This document shows, one piece after another, positions 9,452 to 22,943 of a DNA stretch of 64,000 nt. This stretch comes from Lepidodermella squamata. Its lineage: Eukaryota > Animalia > Gastrotricha. Every line of letters begins with the position of its first letter. Within the stretch, counting starts at the first letter, position 1. The stretch is taken from NCBI GenBank assembly GCA_047495785.1, contig JBLDXI010000019.1, positions 930,001 through 994,000 of the forward strand. The letters run 5' to 3'. The position numbers and the translations under genes are program-made. The notes beneath the pieces were generated by a model. The model ran no database searches and had not been told where the DNA came from. It saw nothing but the letters and a program-made list of their open reading frames with translations.

Positions 9452-11941
9452 TCAATCTGTCATCGAGACTTTATTCGGATCAAATTTATCCGCAAATTTG
9501 GGCACTACGCCGAAGAGGACTATCGGGGCGCTGATAGCCAGGGTTCCAGCGATCGTCATGAGAAAATTGTCGATAACTCGAGAAACGTCCTGCCACGATT
9601 GGAAAAGATATCGGCTATTTCCTGTCACTTTCGACGCCATCTCCAACGTGATTTCGTCACTGCTTTCGGCATCACCTAAAATTTTAACAGGGCTAGGCAC
9701 GATTTGTCTCGATAACTTATTCGCGTTACTGGCAGCTAGGATCATTCGTGAATTTTCGTAGTTATGCCCCCAGTAGCTGACCATCGACTGGGTGTTGTTC
9801 GTCATCTTGGAAAAGCCTTTATCAGGCTGCCAAACTAGGGGTGCATTCATGCGATCGCTGTATGCTTCATTCAACTTGTGATAAATCGGCGCTGTGGATG
9901 AGATTGATGAATCATCGCGCGACAAGGTCAACTTCGGAATCGGAGGCGGGGTGCAAGATTTGCAAGAAGACCGCCGCCTCGGAGCCATTGCCGGGTGGTC
10001 TATAATGACACATTCCAAGGGTTGGCGGACATTATTTTTAGCATTGGCTGGCTTGCGACGGTTGCGGCACATCATGCAACAAAGAATGAACTTCGGATGC
10101 GGTATTCGGGTCAGCCATTGCGGCATTTTTCGCTTTTGTTCAGCGAAAATTGCCATTTTTGCGACCAGGATTGAAGTGACAACACTGAGGGCCGAAACTA
10201 TGACCACTGTAAAGATGTAAATAGTCAATAGGGGCACGTCCGTCGATGTGCTAGGCTGGAAAACAAGAATAAATTTTCTTCATAGCAACCGTTGCTAAGA
10301 AAAAGCGTCATTTTTTCAATGCCTTACCAAGTGTGAAATAGCGACGGTTTGAAACACAACTACAGATAGCAAGGTTGTAGTCGACGAGCCAACACGTTGG
10401 GGATGGGTGACAGGCACGAGGAAGAACATGATTTGAACACCTGACAGAAATACGGCTGGTAAGATGACGTTGAGTAGGTGATAGATTTTCGCGCGTTCGA
10501 TGTGCAGGTAGAACTGGACGCGGGCGAATGCCGTTCTAGCTCCGACCTGGTTCATGCTTGAATAACCGCCCCAGTGTATAAGTTGCCAAGTTTCGCCGGG
10601 TAGGTACATGCGAATGTCGACTGGCGTCTTCTCAGATCGGAGTGTTATATTCATGAAACGAATGTCCAAGGTCGGGCTCTCAAATACGAACCTGAATGAA
10701 AATTTGTTGATATATTGTAGCCCCTAAGTTGAGCAAATAACCACAGAAAATAGGCGGAAAAAGGTCTCAAAAAAGTCTGAAATCAGAGCTTTCTCAAAGC
10801 CAAAAAAATGAGAAGGCTAATCAGCTTTTCAAATGGAAAAAAATCGGACAAATTTGCCCCATCGGGTAAAATACCGATCACTTACCGACCAATTACCATC
10901 GGGTTTTTCGGATATTCTCCTTCTAAGTTTAAGCGTTATTGAAATCGCGGATAATTGATGGGAGATGCTATTAATGGGTTAAATTTTGAAAAATGTGCTC
11001 GCGCAATTTTTGAGACACGAGGTATTAGTAGGCAGCCTATTATTTACCAGCAAGTCTGTTTATCGAATGGGAAGAATCGAAGGTTGAGTTTGCAGTATGA
11101 TTTTACGATACCAGTCGGGTGCCACCAAAGTCTGCCGGTATGTTCGACTTTGATCTCGAATCGAGTGTCTCGTATCACATCGTAGACATCAGATACACTA
11201 TTCCTATAAGAAAAAATAGTGGAGTGAATTTTGGTAAGAAATTTTTATTTTTACAGAATTGCGATGTCCGGAGTCCAAAGAGTATTGGCACTTACTACGA
11301 CCTCGGTCACATTTGCGAATAGCTTCGGATCCCAGCTCAGTCTTTTATCTTGCCAGGTCTTTGTTATCGAGAAAAAATTAGTTTGGAATTTAGGTTATAA
11401 GGCGTCACCTACCAGTTGTAGTCGTACAGTCGTTTCCAAAACTTCCGATTTCTCAATTAGCTCTTGAATTTTCAATGGGATCAGTGTCATCTAAAGACAA
11501 TTTCTAATAGGCAGAATGAGTAAATTTTGCATTTTTTACCTTGACATTTATGGGCCCTTCGTCTCTGTTAGGGTGTTTGAAAAACGGATTTCCCAGTAGC
11601 TCGATGACATTATGCCGGCCGATGGCCAGGGCAGTTCGATGGCCAGCAGTTGGATATCCTGCTACTTCCATATACTGATTGATGTTATACAGCTGCTTGT
11701 TCAGACTTTGCGACGGGCTGGCTTTTACACTTCCATTCCTATTGCCATCTTTAATCAATGAATCATCAGGATTCGCAGGGTTATTTGTGTTAGTCGCGTT
11801 TGATTGTAGTTTGCTTGAAGGTGCACCAGAGCGTAAATGCAAAACTGAATGCCCGGCTATTGTTAAAGGCTTGAAAACACCCAAATCTGTCGAAAGGGTA
11901 GAGTGGCAAAAATTTGCTAGCAGAAGAGCAATGACCAGCAT
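9452..11941 (-). CDS. Cys-loop ligand-gated ion channel subunit (nAChR-like, non-alpha), about 6 exons
   Basis: Signal peptide; spliced exons give WQDKRLSWDP..LWTPDIAIL, the Cys loop CKLNLRFFPFDKQTC, M1-M3 (YHLLNVILP, TTTLLSVVVFQ, PSTSTDVPLL) and M4 (VSRVIDNF). Confidence 0.93.
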
Positions 11942-12312
11942 TTTTAGCTCGAAAAATTTCTACTCAAACTTAATCGGTAAAAATGAACCAATGCAGCCGA
12001 TAAAACTGGGTAAAATGACCAGTTCCACTCAATAATTATTCAATTTCAGCGGCTTTGAGTCGGGGGAAAAAACGATGTCTCTAACCGGCAAAAACGATTT
12101 AACCTCTGCTCATGAACCCCGAGGCACTGTCGAGAGTAATTTTTGACAACTGACGACAATAGCCAATCTGGCAGCTGACAAATCAACCATTAGAAAAAAT
12201 ATAGCGTCCTCAAAACAATTTGGAAAATTTTATATCTCGATTAAAACCGCGTTATATTACATAGAAAAATGACATAACAAGGCAAGGATGAGTCGAAAAT
12301 TGATGATAAGTG

Positions 12313-13597
12313 TTATTTTGCTGTAGTTTTCTTGGCACTCGTTTTTTTCTTGGCTTTGCCAACCGAACTAGGCTTCGAGCTGACCGAAAGACCAGAAATC
12401 GATGAAGTCGTAGAAGCACCACCGGCTGAAGTCGACGCGCCAGCTTCACTGCCTAGTTTTGACTTCTTAGTCGTGGGCAGCAAAACATTCTGAATATTCG
12501 GCAGGACGCCACCCTCGGCTATCGTAACATCGGACAGCATTTTGTTCAGTTCTTCGTCGTTTCGAACAGCCAGTTGAATGTGGCGAGGTATGATGCGCTT
12601 CTTCTTGTTGTCCCGAGCGGCATTTCCGGCTAATTCCAGCACTTCAGCAGCCAGATACTCCATGACAGCAGCCAGATAGACCGGGGCTCCACTTGCCAGC
12701 CGGTCGCTGTAGTGACCAGCGCGAAGCATTCGCTTGATCCTTCCGACTGGAAATTGAAGACCAGCCTTCGAACTGGATGAGCGAGGCGGCTGCTTCGATC
12801 GGCTGCCACTTTTCCCACCTCGATGAGCCGGTCTCGAGAAGCTACTCGACGGCAGCCGGTCTGGCATCGACTCGGAGACGACAGGTTCCTGCCTGGGTTC
12901 CAACCTGGTACCAGTACCCAACTCCGGTAGACTAGATGAAAGTAACCCATGATCGACCATCTCTTCAGCGGAACGAATTGAAGGTTGGGTCAGCGGCGGG
13001 CCATCAGCGACTTCATCTTCGTCAAGGTCGATCGAGGGTGATTCACGGGCCACAGGAGCAGCAGGTTCCAACTCTTGTTCTGGCAAGGTCGCCGGCGTCC
13101 CCGGGTTCATGGGGCCTGGCGTTTCAGGGCGCGATTCCGGTACTTGTTGCGGGACTGGCTGGGTGAAAGGAGGTGATCCAACTCTCGGCTGTTCAACTGG
13201 ATCGTCTTGTGATGAGGGTGGAGTAGAAAACTGCTCGTTTTCTTCGGCGTGAAGTGAATCGTTCGCGGGCGCTTTATCTTCGTTTTCTTGATCGTGATCT
13301 GTATCCATGGCGTTGTCATCGCCGTATTCGGCTGGTTGAGTTTCAGCTATGCCTTCGTCGTTATCATCGGGTTCTTCAATTTGAGGCGGCTCGTTAAAGC
13401 GAGGTTGGCCGTCGTCTTCTGGGGCTTGCTGATCTCCTGGAATCTGATGCAAAAAAAACGCTTAAAACCGAACGAAAATTGAAATGAAATAGGCATACCG
13501 GAATAGTCGCAATGGTCTCTTCTACGACGGAGTGCGATTCAATACGCTGCGTGAAAGCCAGAATGTAACTACCGGCTGATTGCCGGTGCAAATCCAT
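12313..13597 (-). CDS. Histone H2A variant with very long acidic/Pro-rich N-terminal extension and Ser/Lys-rich C-tail (exons 13597-13499, 13443-12313; about 409 aa)
   Basis: Clear H2A fold: [72 protein letters not shown]. In-frame phase-0 intron. Confidence 0.9.
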
Positions 13598-14497
13598 TTT
13601 GTTTAGTGACTTTGAATAGATTGATAATAGTTGGAAAATTCGCCATGAATTCGCTTTTTATCATCCAAGCCACGAATTTGCACAGCATAAGTTGTGTTCC
13701 TCAAGCTGAAATTTGTTGCGCAACACCGCCTATTGTTGCGTCTTCGCTCCATTTTTGTCAGAGCCACCAAAACAGGGACGCGGCACCAGCCAAAATCGGT
13801 TATCATCATCATTTCAAATGATTAAGAAAAGCTTTCAATTATTCCGTCATAACTGTTCGAATCTCACGGAATCAAAGGCAAATGCTCGGCTGAGGAAATA
13901 TCTCGGAATTATTGGGAATTTTCCGAAAATGTCTCGGTGTTTTCCATTTTTCAGTTTTGATCAGAAAGATGCATGCGAAATGTGAAGAAAATAAAAAGCC
14001 TTGAAATATTGATTCGCAAAAATAACATGGTACACCATATACTTTTGATAATTACAGCGAATAAGTGCGCTACCGGGTGAGCGGAAAGGTTATAAATTTT
14101 CGCAAATAAACACGGTCTATGCGCGATTATTACGACAACTGATCAAACAAAAAGCGAAATCGAGAGATGAAGCGCGCGCGCGGGAGGCACGCGAACGCCG
14201 ATGATGATGACACTTGTTATGTTTACTTTTCGCTATAGCGCGTTGTAAAATATACCTATCTACCTCGAGTTGACTCCTCCTTAACAATATTATGGCAAGG
14301 CAGCGATGGTTGGATGGCACCTTTACTAATAAGTTGGGCAAATAATTACGCCCATTATCATCATCGCCGCCGTCGTCGCAAAAATTAGTCGCATGGTCAT
14401 TTTATATACGAGGTAATAGTCGTCACTTGACTTTTATTAGTGCGTTGTGCGAGCAACTCTCATAAGTAGCACTTGAACGCAAGTCGACACCTCGTCG

Positions 14498-15554
14498 ATG
14501 ACGACAATAAAAACAGGAAAGCGTAGGTCAGCCAAGGCGATGAGTGGTGGCAAGTCGCCGGAACCCGGCGGCCAATCAGGTAGCATCGCCTTGCCACCCT
14601 TCCACTCGCTGATATCCCTCGACGCTGCTGCTAAAAACTCGGCATTTTCCTCGCCAAGCGCTTTCACCTCAACAGCAGCTCTATCTACCTACGAACAGCA
14701 ATACCGTGAATTTTACCAGTCTTCTTGGAACAGTAGCAACAACAACATGTCAAGCGCAGTTCCAGCTTTCAGCGGAAATAATCAGTACAGCACGTCTGAC
14801 GCTGAATTCTTCTACACTGCCCAGCAAATGGCGGCGCAGTTGTTCGACCAGTACCACAGCAGTCAACAGCAGTCGAGCTATCCCAACTCATCTCAACAAC
14901 AAGACTGCAGCTTCTACCAGGCCGCCGCTAATTTCCCCAGCAGCGACGGTGATGCTGCGGTTAGCTTCTACCCGTCTGGTTTGGAAAACGCTGCGTTTCC
15001 ACATCAGCATCACACTTCGGTTGGCATCGGCAACTTCCCGTGGGGTGATCTACACAGTGGCTTGAATAATCAGAATAGCAACGGCAGCCACACTGATAAC
15101 AGTTACTCGAGTGAAAAATCTTCGTCGCTAATGCCGAATTCGTCTGGCGAGAATGGGTCCGAATTGCAAGCTCTTACTGATAGACAAACCGTTTTCATGC
15201 TACCCCCACCCATCAACTATCGCAGACGGAATGAGAGGGAGCGAGAGAGGGTTAGTTTAGCTCATAATTAATTGACCTAATTATATTGTTGAATTTGTCC
15301 TTCGACTTTAAAGGTTCGGTGCGTTAATGACGGCTATTCCCGACTTCGCGAAATTATTCCAGCTCTTAGGACTCGTCAAAAAAGGATAAGCAAGGTAGGA
15401 ACTTGAGTCGTTAAACTGATTTAATCACATTTTAAAACAAACGAATTATTTTAAGGTGGAGACCCTTAGAGCTGCATCTCGTTACATTCGCACGCTTCAA
15501 GAAGTTCTTGGAATGGCGCCGAAACCGAAGTCGAGCAGCAGCCGCAAATCGTGA
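14498..15554 (+). CDS. Achaete-scute family bHLH, ASCb (ASCL3/4/5-like) (exons 14498-15250, 15314-15394, 15456-15554)
   Basis: Spliced bHLH reads RRRNERERER|VRCVNDGYSRLREIIP..KRISK|VETLRAASRYIRTLQ. Confidence 0.9.
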
Positions 15555-15859
15555 GAAATTTGACAATGATTCATGTGCAACAAAGATAATTCTGCTGAGA
15601 TGGTAAACAAAATATGCTTTCGATCTTGTTGATATTGGGGCTTCTGAGAAATCTGCCTATTTATTATCAAAAATTGTTACAAAAAAATAAAAAACAAAAC
15701 ATCGCTTGATCAGTCTGCGCGTTTTATTATCCAAATTTTACAATAATAATTGTTCGAAATTTGCTTACAAACATGCGTCCAAATAATAATTTGCTTTCGT
15801 TATAATATTGCATGTACCTGTCGATAATGATTACTATACAGAGAAAACCCGAATTTGTT

Positions 15860-18712
15860 TCACCTATGGTGGTGGTGGCCATGGTGATGTGATGAAGAAT
15901 GGTGGCGGTTATCTTTCGAGTCCTTTTTATGACCGCTATTGCTGCTCGAATTGCTATGACGACTACTCGAGTCGAGGTTATAATTATCTGACCGGCCGTT
16001 GGGTGACCGAGAACGCGACCGCCTCCAACTGCGGTCTTTATTGTCACTTGAGCGACGACGATCCTCATCCCTCGTGTCAAGCCGCTTATGCTTATCTCTG
16101 CCTCGACTCAGACTCCGGCTACGACTCCTAACAAAAAATCGAAGAGAATTTTATTCGCATTCAAAATATGAGAAATCCCCCTTAAAATTATCGTCAAGTT
16201 TTTCCCAGTTAAAAATTATAACAGACCGTGATTTATCGCGTTTTTTGCACTTTTTCTTCTTTCTTTCGGAGTCTTTCGAATCTAAACTGTCAGATCGAGG
16301 TGTCGACGAGTGACCTTTCAGCCGGCTCGAAGATGCGGGTGGAGATGGCGGTAGTTCAATACCTTCAGCTAAATATAAAATAAATTATTTTTGAGTGAAA
16401 GTACAATTTAACGCACCATCAGCGATGTATCGATTCGCCTTTCTTGGCCAAGCGGCGACTTTCGCTTCGATAGACCGATGTAGCTCCTCGTCAGAGTCGG
16501 GTTCTTTCATCGGGGTAGCTGAGGCTTGTTCGCTTTCATCATCCTCTTCGTCATCACTGCCATACTCGACCAAAACTGTAAATTCGATTAGCCAAAAAAA
16601 CAGAAAAGGTGAATCAAAAGTTCGATATAAACAAGCGGTGGGTAAACTCCAAGAATGCTGCGATAATTGGGAGACAAATGACATTGAGAGAAATCACGTG
16701 ACAAGACATTGAAAAATGCGAGTTTTTTCAAGTTTTCATTTTTATTATTTCGAGATGAAAGACGTGTTTAAATTTGAGCTAAAATTAGGCGTAACTGTAT
16801 ACCTGATGTTTTTCGCAAGTTGGCAGCGGTATTAGTAGAAGAGCTACTTCTCACCAACTGGACGACTTGTCGGCTCGACGAAGCTTCATAATATCGAATG
16901 AAAGAGATCGGCCATATAATATTACAACAGTAGAAAAATTTGTAAAAAAATAAATATGTTATATATATATCACAACAAAATTCAAGTTATCTGAGCTGCA
17001 AGTCAATCAAATAGTCACGCGATTCACAGTTTTAGGTAGCAAGAACAAACCGGTTAGCTTTTGCTTTGCCCGATCATGAACTTCACCTGCCACAGCTTCA
17101 ATTTCGTCATTTGTCACTTGAAGCAAAATCTCAGTCATCCACGTTCGAATTTTATTCATCTGGAATTTCAAACCTTATGTAATTGGATAAAAACATGCAA
17201 TTAAATCCTACCAAAATTTGCTCGCGATCGACTTTTTCCACTTCCGGTTTGACATCAGGTGAGGCTTCCGCAGTGTCTCTGAATCGGCTCGGTTGGGCCT
17301 GATGGGAATTCTCATTATTGGGCAATGCTAATGCAAAACACTTTACCTTGTGATATCTTTTCTCCGACTCGTTTGAATCGGCGTTTTCTTCGGGCGGAGG
17401 TGGGAATTTAGCGTAAACGCGGCCATTTCCACTTCTTTTTTCGCTCTCTCGATCTGATTCGTCGTCATCATCATCGTCATCAAACTTGCTACCGGCCATC
17501 TCGCCAGACATCAATTTTTCTAAATTCTGTTTACGATACGCATCGCGCTGTTTTTCGGCCTCGGCTTTATTCGCCTCGCGAGCTTTCTTCATTTGCATCT
17601 CCTCGATCTCAGCCTTCAGCCACGACGGCAGTTTCCTACCACCGCCTGAGCTGTTGAAGCCGCCGTCTCCCAAATCCGATTCCGAATAACCAGCCGCATG
17701 GGACGGGTCCATCAAAAGTGGCGGCAGGTGATTTGGTTCGGCGTGATAGCCGTAATGAGGCGTTGGGGCGGACCCAGAACTGACCACAGGCGGTAATTGA
17801 TATTCCACTTCATAGTGCTGACTCGGCGGGGACGGAGGCGGCCTGGGCAGGTGAGAAATCGGCATTGGGACGCCGACAGACACTGACGGGAACAAAGCTT
17901 GAGGCGGCGGGTGATGGCCGTTACCATTCGAGTTGAAATCCATCGGCGGCCGGGGAGGTGGCGGGTGATGATACACCGGCGCGAAAGATGGCGGCGGTTC
18001 ATGCCGAGGAGGAAAAGACGCGTGATTGTGCGCAAAATCTGGGTGTTGGTGATGATTATGAGCGAAATCAGGCGGCGGATGGTGGTAAGGAGCCGCGAAA
18101 TCGGGATGATGCTGAGGCGGGCCGGGGTGTCTAGCTGAAAAATCCGGCGGTGGAGGCGGCGGGGGTGGTGGTGGAAGATGGAATCTCGCATGGTGAGCCA
18201 TTCCATTGCCGTTCGCCAAATGGTGTTGAGGTGGCATAGACTGCTGATACATCGGCTGGCCAAAATGTTCATTCATAGGGGGCGGGCCGGAATGCGGTGG
18301 GTGTCCCATTTGCGGGTGAGATGGTGGGGGCGGTGGACGCTAAAAATACCAAAAAATCGATTTTACAACGAAATTAAAGTCAAATCTGAAAGTGAAACCT
18401 TGACTCCCCGTTTTTAATACAATTTTCCAGATCAGTGTGTGAAATCTAACATACCGTAAAGACTGGAGGCATCGATTGCGGTGGCATCGAAAATTGTGGA
18501 TGGGGTGGCGGTCGAGAGTGTTGTTGATATCCATACGGATCAGAGGGTGGCATTTGATGAGATGGTGGTGGAGGCGGGGGCGGTTGATGAAAGGGAAACT
18601 GGCCAGCCGGAGGCGCATCTGCTCGCTGGTTGGCCCATTGCTTCGCCAACTGAGCCCAGTCGACGCCATTGGGCGGCTGGGGCGCGGCTTTGTTACCGGG
18701 CGCAGTCCACAT
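15860..18712 (-). CDS. PNISR: PNN-interacting serine/arginine-rich protein, multi-exon
   Basis: VDWAQLAKQW, RKLPSWLKAEIEEM, MTEILLQVTNDEI and YGSDDEED motifs; RS-rich last exon with stop at 15860. Confidence 0.85.
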
Positions 18713-19007
18713 TATTATTCAAATTATTTCAAACATGCCTAATTTTTACACAAAAAACGAAAATTATTTAATAAAATTAGAAATCTTTTTACTATTTGCA
18801 TAGCATTTTATCATATCATCATTGTTTTTTCAATTAATCACACTTGCAAAACATACACATTAATAGATAGCTTTTGCTTCAAAGTGAATAGGCTCATCAA
18901 GTACCGTTATTTTACACATAGAGAAATACTTGATAAAGACTGAGAGAGAACACCGAGTGCCTTAACTTTAATAAGAAACAGAAACAACTTGAATAATTTT
19001 GCATTTT

Positions 19008-22000
19008 TTATCTCGAAGTCTTTCTTGACGAGCGGTCGTCTTTTTCTGAAAATTTAGGGTAGCTTTCGGGCGCGGCTGAAGTCTGCGCTTCATGACTGAG
19101 GGCGGTTAAAAATTCCTCGAGTCGGTCCTGCATATGGCGGACGCATTTCAGCTCCTCGGCCAGTTCGACTCGGCGACCAGACAAAAGTTCACCGAGACGC
19201 CTGCGATCGTCGCCAATCGCGTCTAAATCGTCACGGGCCTCGGCCTCGAGCCGCCTTAATTCAGCACTAGATAATTGCTGCCTCAACGCCACAGTTGTAT
19301 TTTCCAGCATGCCGCAAAGACGGTGGAAGAGCACCACGGAAGAGCAGCTGCGGTCAACGCCGGCTGATTTCAGAGGCGAAACGCCGCCATTGGTTCGCTC
19401 ATGTTGATACAGCGTGAAAGCTTTTTCGCACAAATCAGCCTCGGCCAGCAGCCGGCGAGCCAGTTCGCGCCTTCTGACGTTGTTCCATACTTGTTGGTAG
19501 GTTTCTTTGTTAATAGTGTGGCCGCATTGCGATTCGGCACTTCGTTTGGCAGCTGTTAGGTCTTCGCTAGAGAGCAAACCCGCATCCTAATAATTACGAA
19601 AAATTGTATTAAAAACATCGAAATTCAAGTTAGGGCCATAGCTTATCAGCTAAAAATCGAAGTCAGTTCGAATTTTCAAGAAATTTAATTGAATCCTATC
19701 AAGGATTTACGCCTAAATTTACCCAAGGGCGAGTCATTATTTTATTTTCGATTTCACTAAGGAGTCCCAAACCAATCATACTGACTCATATTTCTTCCGT
19801 AATTTCAACGAATATCACAAGAGAAAATCTTACGGCGGTACCAAATTTCATTCAATTCAATACCTAACCATTTTATTCGGTTTTTAACTGGTTAGGGTTA
19901 GGTTAGGGGTTAGGGTTAGAGGCTGGGCCTTGAAATTTGGGATTTGAACTGATTGGAATAATTTGGAACAGAATCCAATGATGTACTGAATTCAACAACT
20001 TGGTAATGAATTCACTATATCCCATATGGCAAAGAAGCAAACCTTGGTTCGACTAGAAACGCCGCTCCAATCCCGATCTCGAACCGCGACAAGCATTCGC
20101 TCGATTTCATGCGCTAGCGTCTTCGCATCGTTCTGCTCATCCGTCGGCCTTGGCTTCCATTTCACCCACTGGTCAACAGCCGATGGGCCAGACAATTGCG
20201 ACAATTTAGCACTTGCGTCTTGCTCAACCGCCTTAACAGCTTTCCGCAACGCGTCGACAGCAGTTTGCCACTGAACTCTGGTATGAACGGCCCCGTCGTC
20301 CAACGCAGTGCGCTGAATTACTCTCAACGCATCCTCAGCTTTCGAGTCCCATTTATGCTTCGAAACTGTCTCGGTTTGAATAGCAGTTCTAACCCCGGCG
20401 TAAACTGCGTCGGAAGCACGTGCTGGGTCGAGGGCTTGGAGAGCAGCGCTCTTCAAAGTCCCGAGACCGGCATTGACGCAGGCGCGAGGTAACTCGCCAC
20501 TATCGGCCCATTGCCGCAGACGAACATCGACAATTGTATCGAATTGATTAACAGACTCAGCAGCTGGTAGTAACACGTTATCAATGATGAAAGGCGCGAG
20601 GTGTTGCCACAACTGAGCGGCTAAAACGTCGTGCCAATGCCGGGGCGGTAGCATACTCAACGCGGCCAATTCATCCAAAATATCAGCTCGGGCTCGGTCG
20701 AATAACTCAGCGCGTTCTAATTGGCGATATCTGCCGAAAGAATTCTTCCACTCGGTTTCCAAATTGTAACGCAGGGCTCGTAGTGCGTCGGACTGTTGCG
20801 CACTCGACTCGCGAACCATGCGCCAAAAGCACTCAGAAACAGCCATAGCCAAGTTATGAGTAGTCAACTGGGTCGGTTTTACAATACCAGTGCGGAAAAC
20901 TTTTGAGCCAGTGAAAAAACTCTGCTCATACTCCTGAATCTCCTTGATAGAAGCAGGCGAATTTCCTTTACCGGTTACCACAGCGAAATAGCCCAAAGCT
21001 TTAAGTTGGAATAGCCGGCCCTCCAAAATTTGGGAAATTCGATTTGTATTGGCGAAAGTCGATTCGGCTAAATCAGCTTTTGTCATCACGAAAATTGTCC
21101 TTTTACCTTCTTGATCAGCCTGCGAGACTAAATCAGTCACCGCATTCCGCTCAGCATCAACACTGCCGTCTTGCACACATAGAATAATAGCACTGGGATT
21201 TTCGAGGTATTGCCGGCAAATTGATTGAATTTTCTCGCGAGTTCCACCCGCCATTCCGTAGGTTTCGGAGTTGATTACTCCGGGCAGGTCGATTAAAACC
21301 ATGCGGGGTAATCCAGGGCCTTTAACGGTCATAGAAATGCATTCGGGTGATACTGTTTCGCCCTGGGGAATGTTGGCTTTCATTCTTATTTCAATCTCCT
21401 TCCTCAACGCGCTCAATTCATCCTCACGGGTTAAATCGAATTCTCGAGGCGAGTCTTTGAAAAACGCAATGTGATATGGGCCCTCTGATAGGGTGACTTT
21501 AACCGGCGTTCTGGTCATCATTTCGCCGGAGCCACGTGGAAAAATGCGGGCTTTTGCGATAACCTCAAGAACTGACGTTTTTCCTGAACTCTGATCACCG
21601 ACTACAACGACCCTGGGCAGGTGATCGTGCATGCTGTACTGACTGCCGAGTTGTTCAAACTCGAGTAGGTCGTCTAGAACCTCGGAGTACATATCTATAA
21701 GTGGTTTCCTGACCCCGCGGCGTTTGCCGGTTTTCGGGTCATTGCTGCTATGGTGGCTCTCTTTGCTGGCTAGCATCTGAGTTTCGCGGCGCAGTTCGCG
21801 ATTTTCGCGCTCGAGCCGGTCGATTTCGCGCTGGTAGCGCACTTGAATGTTCATAACGTCCTCTTGCGGTTGTTGCTGCGGCTCGCCTGTGGTACGAGCG
21901 GCAAATGCAATTAGAGGATTATTAATTTTCAGCCCGGACTCACCGGATTTCACAGCAGTTTTCACTGTTTCTAACTCGCCTAAATCTGGTTTTGACTCAA

Positions 22001-22334
22001 TCGCTGCGTTCGATTGTGTAACTCTATCGAACCAAGCTGATGTAGCGGATTGTAATTTGTTCATTTTATCGCGGATAGCGTCCAATGCCCCGCCATCTCC
22101 GACTTCGGGAAGTCGGATGTGAAGGGAGGGCAGTTGAATGCCCGAAACTGAGGCGTAAAACTTTCGAATTTGCTCGCGATCTGGCAGCTTGTTAAGGAAG
22201 GGCGAGAAATCAGGCATCGCCTCACGCACATCTTCGTACTTCTGATGAACGTAGGCGCCGCCGCCCACGGCACCCCCGACTGCCAAGTATCGAAGTCGCA
22301 GTAATCGGAGCGCGAATCTGGCAGCAAAATTCAT
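19008..22334 (-). CDS. OPA1: Dynamin-like mitochondrial GTPase OPA1 (exons 22334-20043, 19586-19008)
   Basis: LRLRYLAVGGAVGGG, LIDMYSEVLD, LPRVVVVGDQSSGKTSVLE, GEMMTR, DLPG and TKAD motifs; C-terminal ELKCVRHMQDRLEEF. Confidence 0.97.
19832..19977. mobile_element. Small MITE-like insertion carrying TTAGGG-like repeats, in the OPA1 intron
   Basis: ggttagggttaggttaggggttagggttag at about 19890-19919, bracketed by the inverted pair ccaaatttca (19841-19850) and tgaaatttgg (19931-19940). This intron is much longer than most in the window. Confidence 0.5.
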
Positions 22335-22943
22335 TTAAAAAAATCTAAAATAAAAACAGTATAAATTTTGCTATTATTTCAATATTTTTACTGTGTTCCG
22401 CTGTTTCAAGACTAGGAGAATAAACACAGGACAAAACATTAATTCGTAATCACCGTCAACTTGCACCTTTTTCACTTCTAAGAAGAAGATATTATATCAT
22501 CGCGACAGGACGAGAGCGCACGTGTCTCACACTCACTGGCCTTATACACGAAAAAAACAAGAAAATGGTAAACGGCTAGAGCAGTGTGTCCGAGCGCAGT
22601 TTAAATTCACAATCATTTATAGTTCATCATCGTTCATTTTTTTCTCATGATCTCATCATCATCGTTAGCTGTGTGAAAGGCTTTGCAAGGCAACGAAGAT
22701 TCTGTACAGTTTGTAGCTTTTTAAAGAACACACTCACAAGTGAAGCGACATGACGGGAAAACTTAACGGAATTGCTGCTCGTCTACCACCATCCATCAAA
22801 CACAGTCATGCCAAATAAACTTTATATATGAATATGATCATCGATCATACAGACATGAATGCAAGCAACTAAAAAACGCGGTAGATTTATTTATTCATTT
22901 TTTATTACGAATTAATCTAGGAATTATAGGGGGTTTGGCATTA

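Noticed and set aside
12313-12480. H2A.X or macroH2A identity for the H2A gene
   Set aside because: No C-terminal SQ(E/D)-aromatic motif and no macro domain.
15727-16313. Cys/Tyr/Gly-rich ORF 15808-16131 and overlapping ORFs
   Set aside because: Antisense or alternative-frame shadows of the RS-rich last exons of PNISR.
19890-19920. True telomere or chromosome end
   Set aside because: Only about 30 nt, degenerate, and inside an intron of an intact gene.
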